DNA of 60,714 bases from Acidobacteriaceae bacterium (GTDB taxonomy: Bacteria; Acidobacteriota; Terriglobia; Terriglobales; Acidobacteriaceae): positions 1 through 60,714 of the forward strand of contig DATMLK010000194.1 in NCBI GenBank assembly GCA_035570215.1, written 5' to 3'. The notes beneath the pieces were generated by a model. It was not told where the DNA came from. It saw nothing but the letters and a program-made list of their open reading frames with translations, and did not search any database. Positions 48,296 through 57,562 of this stretch are shown here, piece by piece. Position 1 is the first letter of the stretch. Each line of letters opens with the position of its first letter. A program made the translations under genes and the position numbers.

Positions 48296-48366
48296 GGAGG
48301 GAGCAGGAGCCTTCAGGCCCCTGAATAATGCAAGGATCATGGGGGCTAAAGCCCCACGCTCCCTCC
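48296..48366. repeat. hairpin element (REP/MITE-like), short copy with perfect 9-bp terminal inverted repeats
   Basis: GGAGGGAGC (48296-48304) ... GCTCCCTCC (48358-48366). The internal hairpins GGAGCCTTCAGGCCCC and GGGGCTAAAGCCCC are homologous to both ends of the element at 25328-25460. Confidence 0.7.
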
Positions 48367-48375
48367 GCATATCTG

Positions 48376-48768
48376 CTAGACGATTACTTTCGGCTCATTG
48401 CCCAGCAGAGCGTTGATGATCTTCAGCAGCTCGTCCGGATTCACCGGCTTCTCGAGATAGAGGTCAGCGGCAGGTTCGGCGGCGCGAAAGGCCTCCGAGA
48501 CAAAGCCGGAGACGACCACCACCGGCATACTGGCGTGCGATTTCGCAGCTTGAACAATTGCCCGGCCGCTCTCTTCGCCCAACCGCCAGTCCGTCACCAC
48601 GGCGTCAAAGACGGCGGCGTCCAGGTGCGCGATCGCCTCTTCGGCCGAGCAGGCAGAGATTGCTGTATGGCCGGCGCGTTCCAAAATGGCGCACTTCAGG
48701 CGCACCGCCACGGCCTCATCGTCTACGCACAGGATTCTTGCCACAGTACCCTCTCGCCGGATGCACAC
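48376..48768 (-). CDS. stand-alone response regulator receiver protein
   Basis: ILCVDDEAVAVRL...AVVTDWRLGEESG...VVVSGF...EKPVNP. The start codon is GTG. Confidence 0.8.
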   Translation of the reverse strand: MCIRREGTVARILCVDDEAVAVRLKCAILERAGHTAISACSAEEAIAHLDAAVFDAVVTDWRLGEESGRAIVQAAKSHASMPVVVVSGFVSEAFRAAEPAADLYLEKPVNPDELLKIINALLGNEPKVIV

Positions 48769-48855
48769 GACTCCGGATGCGACAGATTCTCCTGAGAGCC
48801 TACCGCAGTGTCTCTATCGCATACAAATCATTTGCCGAACGGCTAGAATTCTCTC

Positions 48856-50250
48856 GTGCCGGACCCTACTGCAGGCAGCTTCGCGTTCGACCACACCGTC
48901 GCCTTTGACCCGGCAGAGGCTGAGGCTGCACTGGCCCTGATTCCGGCGCGTCCAGGCGTCTTTGGGCTCTATCCTCACGCGGAGAATGCCGAACCCTACC
49001 TGACCCGCTGCGCCAACCTGCAGCGCCGCATCCGCCGCATGCTGCAGCCGCCACAGGGCGCAACCAAGCGCTCAGGCGTTTTAAATCTCCGCGAAAAGGC
49101 CGACCGCATCGCCTACACCGTGACCGGGTCGGAGCTGGAGTCGTTGCTGACGCTCTACCACGCCACCGCGGCCCACCTTGGGCGTGATGCCGCGCGCCGC
49201 CGCATGCGTCTGCATACGCCCTTCTTCGTGCGCTTCGCCATGGAGAACGCCTATCCACGCGCCTACGTCACCAACCGGCTCTCGCGCCGGGCGCAGGATT
49301 ATCTCTTTGGCCCTTATCCTTCGCGCCTTGCCGCCGACCGTGCGTTGAACGAAGTACTGAACCTCTTCAAGCTGCGCCGCTGCGTCGAAGAGCTGGCCCC
49401 TGATCCGTCGCATCCCGGCTGCGTCTACTCCGAGATGAAGATGTGCCTGGCACCGTGCTTCAAAGGCTGTTCGGACGAACGCTACGCCGAGGAGGCCCGC
49501 GCCGTCTTCGAGTTCTTCCGCACACAGGGCGGCTCCATGCTGACGAAGCTGGCTATAGAGCGGGATGTGGCCTCGGCAGCGATGGAGTTCGAGCAGGCGG
49601 CGGCGCTGCATGCGCAGATCGTCAAAGTGAAGGCCGCGGCGCAGTGCTCGGATGAGATCGTACGTCCGCTGAGCCGGCTGGATGCTGTGATCGTTCTACC
49701 TGCCGCAAGCGCTTTACCCGCGGCAGGTGCTAAGTCGACAGCCTGCGACGAGGTCGCTCTCTTCGCCGTGCGGCACGGCTGCATCGGGCATCTCACACTC
49801 TTCTCCACGCTCGGCATGCGGCATGCGAATGAAGACTCCGGCTCGACCTCGCTCTTCGCGCAGCCGCACATGTTGGCCGCCGTCCCGCTGGATGAAAAGG
49901 GCGAACCGGCACTGGCTGCGCCGATAGAGACCACGGAAGAACGCTTGAAGCGAACGTTAGCGAAGCTGATGGCTCCGCTGGAGCTGATGCCGCCGGAGAT
50001 CGCGGAAGATCAGATAGCCGGCCTGAGCGATACTCTCTCCCTGCTGCGCCGCTGGTACTACCGGCCCGTGAAGCAGCGCGTAGGCGAAATATTTTTCGCA
50101 GATGCTGCGACCGCCGATGCAGGCCTTCCCGCGCGACGGATCCTGCGCGGTATCTCGCGCGTCTGCATGAATGCAGGACCCGCTGCACCGCCTGATAAAA
50201 TCACTCCAGATTCACCCCCTGTAGCGGAGAAGGACATACTCGTTGATTGA
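48856..50250 (+). CDS. UvrC-like protein (GIY-YIG + UVR + central region; no C-terminal endonuclease or HhH domains)
   Basis: GIY-YIG-like PGVFGLYPHAENAEPYLTRCANLQRRIRRML, UvrC-typical LFGPYPSRLAADRALNEVLNLFKLRRC and CLAPCFKGCSDERYAEEA, and UVR-like MEFEQAAALHAQIVKVKA. The ORF ends 8 nt inside rpe, so there is no room for the C-terminal half. Confidence 0.7.
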   Translation: MPDPTAGSFAFDHTVAFDPAEAEAALALIPARPGVFGLYPHAENAEPYLTRCANLQRRIRRMLQPPQGATKRSGVLNLREKADRIAYTVTGSELESLLTLYHATAAHLGRDAARRRMRLHTPFFVRFAMENAYPRAYVTNRLSRRAQDYLFGPYPSRLAADRALNEVLNLFKLRRCVEELAPDPSHPGCVYSEMKMCLAPCFKGCSDERYAEEARAVFEFFRTQGGSMLTKLAIERDVASAAMEFEQAAALHAQIVKVKAAAQCSDEIVRPLSRLDAVIVLPAASALPAAGAKSTACDEVALFAVRHGCIGHLTLFSTLGMRHANEDSGSTSLFAQPHMLAAVPLDEKGEPALAAPIETTEERLKRTLAKLMAPLELMPPEIAEDQIAGLSDTLSLLRRWYYRPVKQRVGEIFFADAATADAGLPARRILRGISRVCMNAGPAAPPDKITPDSPPVAEKDILVD

Positions 50251-50920
50251 GCTTGCATTTTCGATTCTCGCCTCCGACTTTTCGCGGCTTGGTGAGGAGG
50301 TTGCCATCGCAGCCTCGGGCGGGGGCACCATCGTGCATGTAGACGTGATGGACGGCCACTTCGTTCCCAACATCTCGATCGGCGTTCCGGTAGTGAAGTC
50401 GCTGCGTGCCGCGACCAGGCTGCCGCTGGATTGCCACCTGATGATCGAGAATCCCGAAAAATTTATTCCGGCCTTTGCCGCGGCGGGCGCGGACTGGGTC
50501 AGCGTCCATCAGGAGGTCTGCAAAGACCATCTGCGAGAGACGCTGGAGATGATCAAGGCCCACGGCATGAAGCCCGGCGCGGTGATCAATCCGGACACGC
50601 CGGTGGAGACGATACTGGATGTCCTTCCCCTGGTGCATCATGTGCTGGTGATGAGCGTCTTTCCCGGCTTCGGCGGGCAGAGCTTCATTCCCCACTCGCT
50701 CGACAAGATCCGCCAGCTCGCGAAGATCCGAAAGGCCCGGAATCTCGGCTTCCGCATTGAAGTCGACGGCGGCGTGGCTCACGATACGGTCGCCTCGGTC
50801 GTCGAAGCAGGAGCGGAGCTTCTGGTAGCCGGCAGCGCCATCTTCTCGCCCGGCAAAACCAGGCAGAACGCCGAGGAGTTTCTTCAGCTGGCACGGGCCG
50901 CGGCTCCCAGCAGCAAGTAG
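50243..50920 (+). CDS. rpe: ribulose-phosphate 3-epimerase
   Basis: LAFSILASDFSRLGEE...HVDVMDGHFVPN...VDGGV. The TTG start overlaps the upstream stop. Confidence 0.93.
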   Translation: MIELAFSILASDFSRLGEEVAIAASGGGTIVHVDVMDGHFVPNISIGVPVVKSLRAATRLPLDCHLMIENPEKFIPAFAAAGADWVSVHQEVCKDHLRETLEMIKAHGMKPGAVINPDTPVETILDVLPLVHHVLVMSVFPGFGGQSFIPHSLDKIRQLAKIRKARNLGFRIEVDGGVAHDTVASVVEAGAELLVAGSAIFSPGKTRQNAEEFLQLARAAAPSSK

Positions 50921-51063
50921 GCCTGAGCTTTCCTGGCCGCCCGCGCACTAACGGCGCGAAACGGCTAAAATACCAGCAGCAGGCCCCGTGAGATATCCCG
51001 CTGGGGTTGAGGTGCGTCCGGCAACGCCGGGTGCACCGTCTGCGCAGAGTTTTTTGAGGTGCT

Positions 51064-52854
51064 ATGAGCCGTTTCTCTCTCCGTCTTTTTCCGTCCGCGC
51101 TCGTTCTGAGCGTCGCTGTTCTCTGTGCCACTTCCATGTACGCGCAAGACACAACGACGCCTGCACAGGACACAGCCGTTCCTGCCGCGCCGGCTCCAGC
51201 TACAGACACGCTCTCCAATACGCCCGCAAAGAAGAAGACACGCGTCAGCAAGGAAGACAAGAAGGACGATAAGATCGTCGCCTCCAAGGACACGATAAAA
51301 GCGCAGAAGAAGGCCAGGAAGACCAATCCCCTGGCCGGCGTGGACTTGAAGCTGCCGGATAAGCAGCTCTACGACAAGGCCATGGATGCCATGCAGCATA
51401 ACCACTTTGACGTGGCCCGTCTTGATCTGCAGACGCTGCTGAACACCTATCCCGATTCCGAGTTCCAGATGCGAGCCAAGCTCGCCATCGGCGACTCCTG
51501 GTACAGGGAGGGTGGTGAAGCCGCGTTGACGCAGGCCGAGCAGGAGTACAAGGACTTCATCACCTTCTTCCCCAACCAGCCTGAAGCTGCCGAGGCACAG
51601 ATGAAGGTGGCCAACATCTACTTCCGCGAGATGGACCGCCCCGACCGCGACTATGAGAAGGCCGTCCGCGCGCAGGATGAGTACCGCAATATGATCGAGC
51701 AGTTCCCGGAGTCTGAGTTTGTGCCCGAGGCCAAGCAGAAGCTTCGCGAGGTGCAGGAGGTACTGGCGACGCGTGAGAGCGACATCGCCCAGTTCTACGC
51801 TTCGCACTATAACTGGGCCGCCGCCATCGGCCGTTACCAGACCGTGGCCGATACCTATCCGCTCTACAGCCGCATGGACGACACACTGCTCGGCCTGGGC
51901 GATGCCTATGCCGCGCAGGCCAAACTGGTAGCCAACATGCGCCTTCCAGAGGGCCCGAAGGGACGTCTGGAGAAGATTTACAACGACCAGGCTGCCGCGG
52001 CGTATGACCGCCTGCTGACCGTCTATGCCGACGCACCCCATGTAGAGGATGCCAAGGACCGGCTCATCGCACTCGGCTATCCGATTCCGAAGCCCACGGC
52101 AGAGCAACTGGCCGCCAGCGAAGCCTTGGAGAACAGCCGCGCGCCCTATACCCTGAAGCGCCGCGCAAAACTTATCGTGATGCATTCGCCGGATACGGTC
52201 TCCGCCGCTCAGGCCGGTGAACCTACGATGGCCGACCCGCCGGTGACCGACGCGCCGAAGATCATTCACGAAGATATCGCGGATATTCACGGTGTGCTGA
52301 ACCCAGCCAATGCCCATACCACTGGGCCCGTACCCGGCGGAACCGGCTCCGACACCCTGGCAGACGCCGCCACGCCCGCGCCAGATGCCGGCAGCGGCGA
52401 TACCTCGGCCGATGCGCCTGCGGCAGAGCCCGCTCCGCTGGCGCTTTCCGATGTGCCCACGGACAATGCCGCGCCTACCAGCGACACCTCGGTGACCAGT
52501 GTGCCGGTGGCTCCTGCCTCCGGAGCGAGCGGGAATTCGATCGGCGCGGAGGTTGTTCCCTCTGGCAGCGTGCCCTCGACCGGATCGACGGACTATCCCG
52601 GCAGTACACCCGGCAGTTCAAACAAAGACAACCTGGTGAACCCTGTAGGCGGCACCACGACCGCGGCTCTGCCTCCGGTGGAGGCACCGGCCGATGCACC
52701 GGACACGATCAACGATGTCAAGCCGGGCAGCCAGCCTGCTGTTGCCGCAACCAATCCGAACGCCAAGGCGGTAAAGGCACCGTTTGACGCCAAGGACGAT
52801 TCGTCCAACAAGCACAAGAAGAAGAAGGGTATCGACAAGCTGAACCCGTTCTAA
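51064..52854 (+). CDS. bamD: BamD-like TPR outer-membrane assembly protein with long low-complexity extensions
   Basis: A signal peptide, then a TPR core (LYDKAMDAMQHNHFDVARLDLQTLLNTYPDSEFQMRAKLAIGDSWY...). The C-terminal tail of about 220 aa is rich in Pro/Ala/Thr/Ser/Asp and ends KHKKKKGIDKLNPF. Confidence 0.75.
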   Translation: MSRFSLRLFPSALVLSVAVLCATSMYAQDTTTPAQDTAVPAAPAPATDTLSNTPAKKKTRVSKEDKKDDKIVASKDTIKAQKKARKTNPLAGVDLKLPDKQLYDKAMDAMQHNHFDVARLDLQTLLNTYPDSEFQMRAKLAIGDSWYREGGEAALTQAEQEYKDFITFFPNQPEAAEAQMKVANIYFREMDRPDRDYEKAVRAQDEYRNMIEQFPESEFVPEAKQKLREVQEVLATRESDIAQFYASHYNWAAAIGRYQTVADTYPLYSRMDDTLLGLGDAYAAQAKLVANMRLPEGPKGRLEKIYNDQAAAAYDRLLTVYADAPHVEDAKDRLIALGYPIPKPTAEQLAASEALENSRAPYTLKRRAKLIVMHSPDTVSAAQAGEPTMADPPVTDAPKIIHEDIADIHGVLNPANAHTTGPVPGGTGSDTLADAATPAPDAGSGDTSADAPAAEPAPLALSDVPTDNAAPTSDTSVTSVPVAPASGASGNSIGAEVVPSGSVPSTGSTDYPGSTPGSSNKDNLVNPVGGTTTAALPPVEAPADAPDTINDVKPGSQPAVAATNPNAKAVKAPFDAKDDSSNKHKKKKGIDKLNPF

Positions 52855-52886
52855 ACGGTGTTTCTGACAAAATGGAATCAACATCA

Positions 52887-52918
52887 GGCAGGCGCGGACC
52901 ATGCGCCTGCCCTTTTTG
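52887..52918 (+). terminator. rho-independent terminator after bamD
   Basis: A perfect 9-bp stem, GGCAGGCGC (52887-52895) / GCGCCTGCC (52903-52911), followed by CTTTTTG. Confidence 0.8.
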
Positions 52919-52933
52919 CAAGAGAAAGTCATA

Positions 52934-55678
52934 ATGCCCCAGGAACTGCCAAAATCCTACGACCCCACGGCCATTGAAGAGCGCTGGGCCCAGTACTGGG
53001 TCACGGAGAAGCTCTTTCATGTGGAGACACCAGCCGCCGGTGCCGCGACCTTCACCCAGTTGCTGCCACCGCCGAATGTGACCGGCCGTCTGCATATGGG
53101 GCACATGTTGAACCAGACGGAGATGGACATTCTGACGCGCTGGCATCGCATGCGCGGCGAGACGGCGCTCTGGGTCCCGGGTACAGACCACGCAGGCATT
53201 GCCACGCAGATGATGGTGGAGCGGCGGCTCGCGGGCGAAGGCACCACGCGGCAGGCGCTGGGCCGCGAGAAGTTCGTGGAACGCGTCTGGGAGTGGAAGA
53301 GCGAGTTCGGCGGCGCGATCCTGGACCAGATGAAACGGCTGGGCGCGAGCGTGGACTGGTCGCGCGAGTACTTCACCATGGACGATACCCTCTCCGCCGC
53401 CGTGCGTGAGAGCTTCGTCCGCCTGCACGAGCAAGGGCTGATCTATCGCGGAGCATACATCGTGAACTGGTGCCCGCGCTGCCAGACGGCGATCAGCGAT
53501 CTCGAGGTGGTGCACGAGGAGCAGCAGGGCAAGCTCTACGAGATCCGCTACGACGCGGTGGACGGCAGCGGCTACATCGTCGTCGCTACCACGCGGCCGG
53601 AGACGATGCTGGGCGACGTTGCCGTTGCCGTGAATCCGAACGACGAGCGCTACATTAAATTCCACGGCAAGATGCTGAAGCTGCCGCTTACCAGTCGCCA
53701 GATCCCGGTCGTCACCGACGATTGGGCGAATCCGGAGTTCGGTACCGGCGCGGTGAAGGTGACGCCGGCGCATGATCCGAACGATTTTGCCATCGGCCAG
53801 CGTCACAATCTGCCGAGCCTCAACGTAATGGATGAGTCCGCGCACATCGATCTGCCGGGCTCGCCGTATCACGGACTCGAACGTTTTCAGGCGCGGACAA
53901 AGATCCTGGAAGACCTGGAAGCGCAGGGTCTGCTGGTAGCCGTGCGCGAGCACAATAACTCCGTGGGCAAGTGCGACCGCTGCAAGACGATCGTGGAGCC
54001 GCGGCTCTCGAAGCAGTGGTTCCTCGCGGTCAACAAGACGCCGAAGCGTGGAGGCAACTCCATCGCCGCCGACGCGATCCTTGCCGTGGAGAAGGGTTTC
54101 ATCACCTTCACGCCGGAGCAGTACCGCAAGACCTACGATGAGTGGATGAAGAACATCCACGACTGGTGCCTCTCGCGCCAGCTCTGGTGGGGGCATCGCA
54201 TCCCCGCGTGGCACTGCGCCAAATGCGGCGAGATCACTGTTTCACGTGGAACACCCACCGCATGCAGCGCATGCGGTGCAAAAGAGATCACGCAGGAGAC
54301 CGACGTACTGGACACGTGGTTCTCGTCTGGCCTGCTTCCCTTCACCGTCTTCGGCTGGCCTCAGCAGACGCCGGATCTGGCAACGTTCTATCCGACAGAC
54401 CTGCTTGTCACCGGCTTCGACATTCTCTTCTTCTGGGTCGCGCGCATGATCATGCTCGGCTGCCACTTCATGCAGGATATGCCGAAGGACGGCGCGCAGA
54501 GGACGTTGCAGGATGCCGTGCCGTTCAAAGAGGTCTACATCCATGCGCTGGTGCGCGACGCCGACCGCCAGAAGATGTCCAAGACCAAGGGCAACGTGAT
54601 CGACCCCATCGAGATCATCGAGCATTACGGAACTGATGCCGTACGCTTCACTCTGGCGAGCATGGCGTCGCCCGGAACCGATATCGCCTTCAGCGAGGCG
54701 CGCACCGAGGGCAACCGCGCGTTTGCGAACAAGATATGGAACTCGGCACGGTTTGTGTTTATGCAGGTGGAGCGCGCGAAGGAAGCCGGCATTGCGGTCG
54801 ATCTCGCCGGACTTGCCGCAGCGCTGAAGCCGGCAGCAGATGCGCCGCTCGAAGCCCGCTGGATCGTCTCGCGCCTCGCAGCCACTGCGGACGACGTGCA
54901 TCGCGCGCTCGGCGAGTATCGCTTTGACGAGGCAGCGGCCTTCGTCTACCAGTTCTTCTGGGGCGAACTGTGCGACTGGTATCTGGAGATCGTGAAGCTG
55001 CGCCTGAACTTTGACGACGGAGCGGACAAGGCCGGCACGGAAGGTGCATTGCAGACGCTGCTTGCCGTCTTCGAAGCGGCCCTGCGCATGCTCTCGCCCT
55101 TCATGCCTTTCATCACGGAAGAGATATGGCAGGCGTTATACGATGGCAAGCCGCCGGCGAAATCCATCGCGCTCACACGCTATCCCCAAGCCTCTGCAAT
55201 GATCCAAGACGCAGAAGCTATTACTGCCATGGAGACGTTGCAGCAGCTGATCGTGAGCGTCCGCGGCCTGCGTAAGGATCTGGCTGTACCGGAGAAGGAA
55301 GCCGCTCCGATCCAGGTCTATTCCGCAGGTAAGGTGGGTGAGCTGGCGGAAACGAATGCGCCGATGCTGGCAAAGCTTGCCCGCGTCTCCGGTGTGACCG
55401 TCGCAAAAGCAGCACTGACCGGCAACAATGCCCGAAGCACCGCGGGTTTTGATGTCGCCGTACTCTACGAACACCAGATCGACGTCGCCGCCGAGCGCGA
55501 GCGGCTCACAAAAGAGCTCGCCAAGTATGAGAAGGTCCTGCTGAGCTCGGAAAAACAACTCGGCAACGAAGCTTTTCTCGCCAAGGCCCCGCAGAACGTC
55601 GTGGACGGCCTGCAGAAACAGCAGGCCGAGATGAAGCTGCTCTACGACAAGACGAAGGCTGCGCTCAACGCGTTGTAG
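52934..55678 (+). CDS. valS: valine--tRNA ligase
   Basis: HIGH-type motif PPPNVTGRLHMGH, KMSKS motif KMSKTKGN, and a C-terminal coiled coil. The start is taken at MPQELPKSYDP, because the track start at 52901 lies inside the upstream terminator loop. Confidence 0.97.
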   Translation: MPQELPKSYDPTAIEERWAQYWVTEKLFHVETPAAGAATFTQLLPPPNVTGRLHMGHMLNQTEMDILTRWHRMRGETALWVPGTDHAGIATQMMVERRLAGEGTTRQALGREKFVERVWEWKSEFGGAILDQMKRLGASVDWSREYFTMDDTLSAAVRESFVRLHEQGLIYRGAYIVNWCPRCQTAISDLEVVHEEQQGKLYEIRYDAVDGSGYIVVATTRPETMLGDVAVAVNPNDERYIKFHGKMLKLPLTSRQIPVVTDDWANPEFGTGAVKVTPAHDPNDFAIGQRHNLPSLNVMDESAHIDLPGSPYHGLERFQARTKILEDLEAQGLLVAVREHNNSVGKCDRCKTIVEPRLSKQWFLAVNKTPKRGGNSIAADAILAVEKGFITFTPEQYRKTYDEWMKNIHDWCLSRQLWWGHRIPAWHCAKCGEITVSRGTPTACSACGAKEITQETDVLDTWFSSGLLPFTVFGWPQQTPDLATFYPTDLLVTGFDILFFWVARMIMLGCHFMQDMPKDGAQRTLQDAVPFKEVYIHALVRDADRQKMSKTKGNVIDPIEIIEHYGTDAVRFTLASMASPGTDIAFSEARTEGNRAFANKIWNSARFVFMQVERAKEAGIAVDLAGLAAALKPAADAPLEARWIVSRLAATADDVHRALGEYRFDEAAAFVYQFFWGELCDWYLEIVKLRLNFDDGADKAGTEGALQTLLAVFEAALRMLSPFMPFITEEIWQALYDGKPPAKSIALTRYPQASAMIQDAEAITAMETLQQLIVSVRGLRKDLAVPEKEAAPIQVYSAGKVGELAETNAPMLAKLARVSGVTVAKAALTGNNARSTAGFDVAVLYEHQIDVAAERERLTKELAKYEKVLLSSEKQLGNEAFLAKAPQNVVDGLQKQQAEMKLLYDKTKAALNAL

Positions 55679-55825
55679 ATTCTGCGAAGGTCGCGCTCAA
55701 CGCGCGATATCCCACCCTAGCCGCGATAAAGCTGCGGCAAGGATGGGGTCCCCGATTCTCGGGTAATACTAATTACTACCGCAACAGGTTTACGATAAAG
55801 AGAAATCTTTACGCAGCACGAGGAC

Positions 55826-56716
55826 GTGACGATGGAGTGGAAGAGCCGGCGTATCCAGATGATCCTTGAAGCAGCGCTGGTGGAGGACAAGGCCACGCAC
55901 GACGTGACCACGGCGCTCACCATTGACCCGAAGCTGCGCGCCTCCGCGACGATCATCGCCAAGCAGGACTGCATCGTCGCCGGGCTAGGCTGCATACCGG
56001 TGATCCTGGATATCTATGCGCGGCTGGACGGAAAATCCTCCGGACGCCATGAGGTTGTCAGCCATCCGGAGATATTCGACGGCGTACGCGTGAAGAAGGG
56101 CCAGTCCATCGTGGTCATCCGCGCCAACGCGCGCGTGATCCTCTCCTGCGAGCGCGTGATCCTGAACCTGCTGCAGCGCATGTGCGGCATCGCCACGCTC
56201 ACCAACCAGTACGTGAAGGCGCTGCATGGCACGAAGGCGAAGATCCTCGACACGCGCAAGACCATTCCCGGGCTGCGCGTGCTGGACAAGTACGCTGTCT
56301 GCTGCGGCGGCGGCGTGAATCACCGCCTGGACCTGCAGGACGGCATCCTGATCAAGAACAACCACATCTCGCTGGGCGGCGGTCTGCCCAAGGCCCTGGA
56401 GGCCGCGCTGGAGGGCCACAAGCCGGGGCAGCGCGTGCAGGTGGAGGTGCGCACGCCGCTGGAGCTGCAGCAGGCGCTCACGGGCGGCGCGGAGGGCATT
56501 CTGCTGGACAATATGACGCCCGCGCAGGTGAAGAAGGCGGTGAAGCTCATCCGCAAGCAGGCGCCGAAGACAAAGATCGAAGCCTCCGGCGGCATGAACC
56601 TGAAGACGGTGCGCAAGTACGCGCTCGCCGGAGTGGACTATATCTCCGTGGGCGCGCTGACGCATTCGACCGATGCCGTCGACCTGAGCATGCGCATCGT
56701 CGCAGTGAAAGATTAG
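55826..56716 (+). CDS. nadC: nicotinate-nucleotide pyrophosphorylase (carboxylating)
   Basis: LEAALVEDKATHDVTT...ILDTRKTIPGLR...GGGVNHRLDLQDGILIKNNH...SGGM. The start may be the GTG at 55826 or the ATG at 55832. Confidence 0.93.
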   Translation: MTMEWKSRRIQMILEAALVEDKATHDVTTALTIDPKLRASATIIAKQDCIVAGLGCIPVILDIYARLDGKSSGRHEVVSHPEIFDGVRVKKGQSIVVIRANARVILSCERVILNLLQRMCGIATLTNQYVKALHGTKAKILDTRKTIPGLRVLDKYAVCCGGGVNHRLDLQDGILIKNNHISLGGGLPKALEAALEGHKPGQRVQVEVRTPLELQQALTGGAEGILLDNMTPAQVKKAVKLIRKQAPKTKIEASGGMNLKTVRKYALAGVDYISVGALTHSTDAVDLSMRIVAVKD

Positions 56717-56731
56717 GCAGAGCGCTAAAAC

Positions 56732-57538
56732 ATGTCCGTCTACGATATCGCCGCGCTCCATGCCGCGCTTCAGGGCACTCTCTTCGAAGGCAAGCTGCAT
56801 CACTTTCGTGTCGTCGATTCCACGAATGTGGTCGCGCTGGAGGCTGCGCAAGAGGGTGCGGCTTCCGGCTCCGTCTACTTCGCCAACGAACAGACCGCCG
56901 GACGCGGACGCGGCGGGCACACATGGCACTCAGCGGCGGGCGATGGAATGTACGCGAGCGTTCTGCTACGGCCGTCACTGGCGCCGGCAGCAGCGCTAAA
57001 AATCTCTCTGGCGGCAGGGCTGGCAGCGCGGGCGGCCATCGCGGAAGTCAGCGGGCTGCAGGCAGATATTCGCTGGCCGAACGATCTGATGCTCGATGGC
57101 AGGAAGTGCGGCGGCATTCTGGTGGATACGGCGGCCACGGGCGACGCCGAACGTCTGCGCCATGTGGTCATCGGCGTCGGCATCAACGTGAACCATGAGG
57201 CCTTTCCCGACGACCTGCGGTATCTCGCGACCTCGCTGCGCATTGAGAGCGGGGCTGGACAGTCCGTGCAGGCGCTGCTAGCTGCGCTGCTGCGCAATCT
57301 GGCATCGGAGATGACCGCTCTGGAGACCGGCGACGCGGTGCTGGAGCGGTTTGCGGCTGCGTCCACATGGGTGCGCGGCAAGCGCGTGCATGTAGAGAGC
57401 GTCCACGGGAAAGACGGCGACGGATATACTGGTATCACCAACGGACTGGACGTCCACGGCTTTCTGCGCATCCTTACGGAGAGCGGGGCCGAGCGGCTGG
57501 TGCTCTCCGGCGGTGTACGCGAGATCACGGAAGATTAA
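56732..57538 (+). CDS. birA: biotin--[acetyl-CoA-carboxylase] ligase (no N-terminal HTH)
   Basis: TAGRGRGGHTWHS and RWPNDLMLDGRKCGGILV. At 268 aa, it lacks a repressor domain. Confidence 0.92.
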   Translation: MSVYDIAALHAALQGTLFEGKLHHFRVVDSTNVVALEAAQEGAASGSVYFANEQTAGRGRGGHTWHSAAGDGMYASVLLRPSLAPAAALKISLAAGLAARAAIAEVSGLQADIRWPNDLMLDGRKCGGILVDTAATGDAERLRHVVIGVGINVNHEAFPDDLRYLATSLRIESGAGQSVQALLAALLRNLASEMTALETGDAVLERFAAASTWVRGKRVHVESVHGKDGDGYTGITNGLDVHGFLRILTESGAERLVLSGGVREITED

Positions 57539-57562
57539 ATTTCTACGAGGCAGGAAGGCGCA

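Noticed and set aside
52901-52933. N-terminal extension of valS from the ATG at 52901 (track ORF start).
   Set aside because: That ATG lies in the loop of the bamD terminator hairpin. The ATG at 52934 gives the canonical ValRS N-terminus (MPQELPKSYDP) and has an upstream purine-rich RBS.
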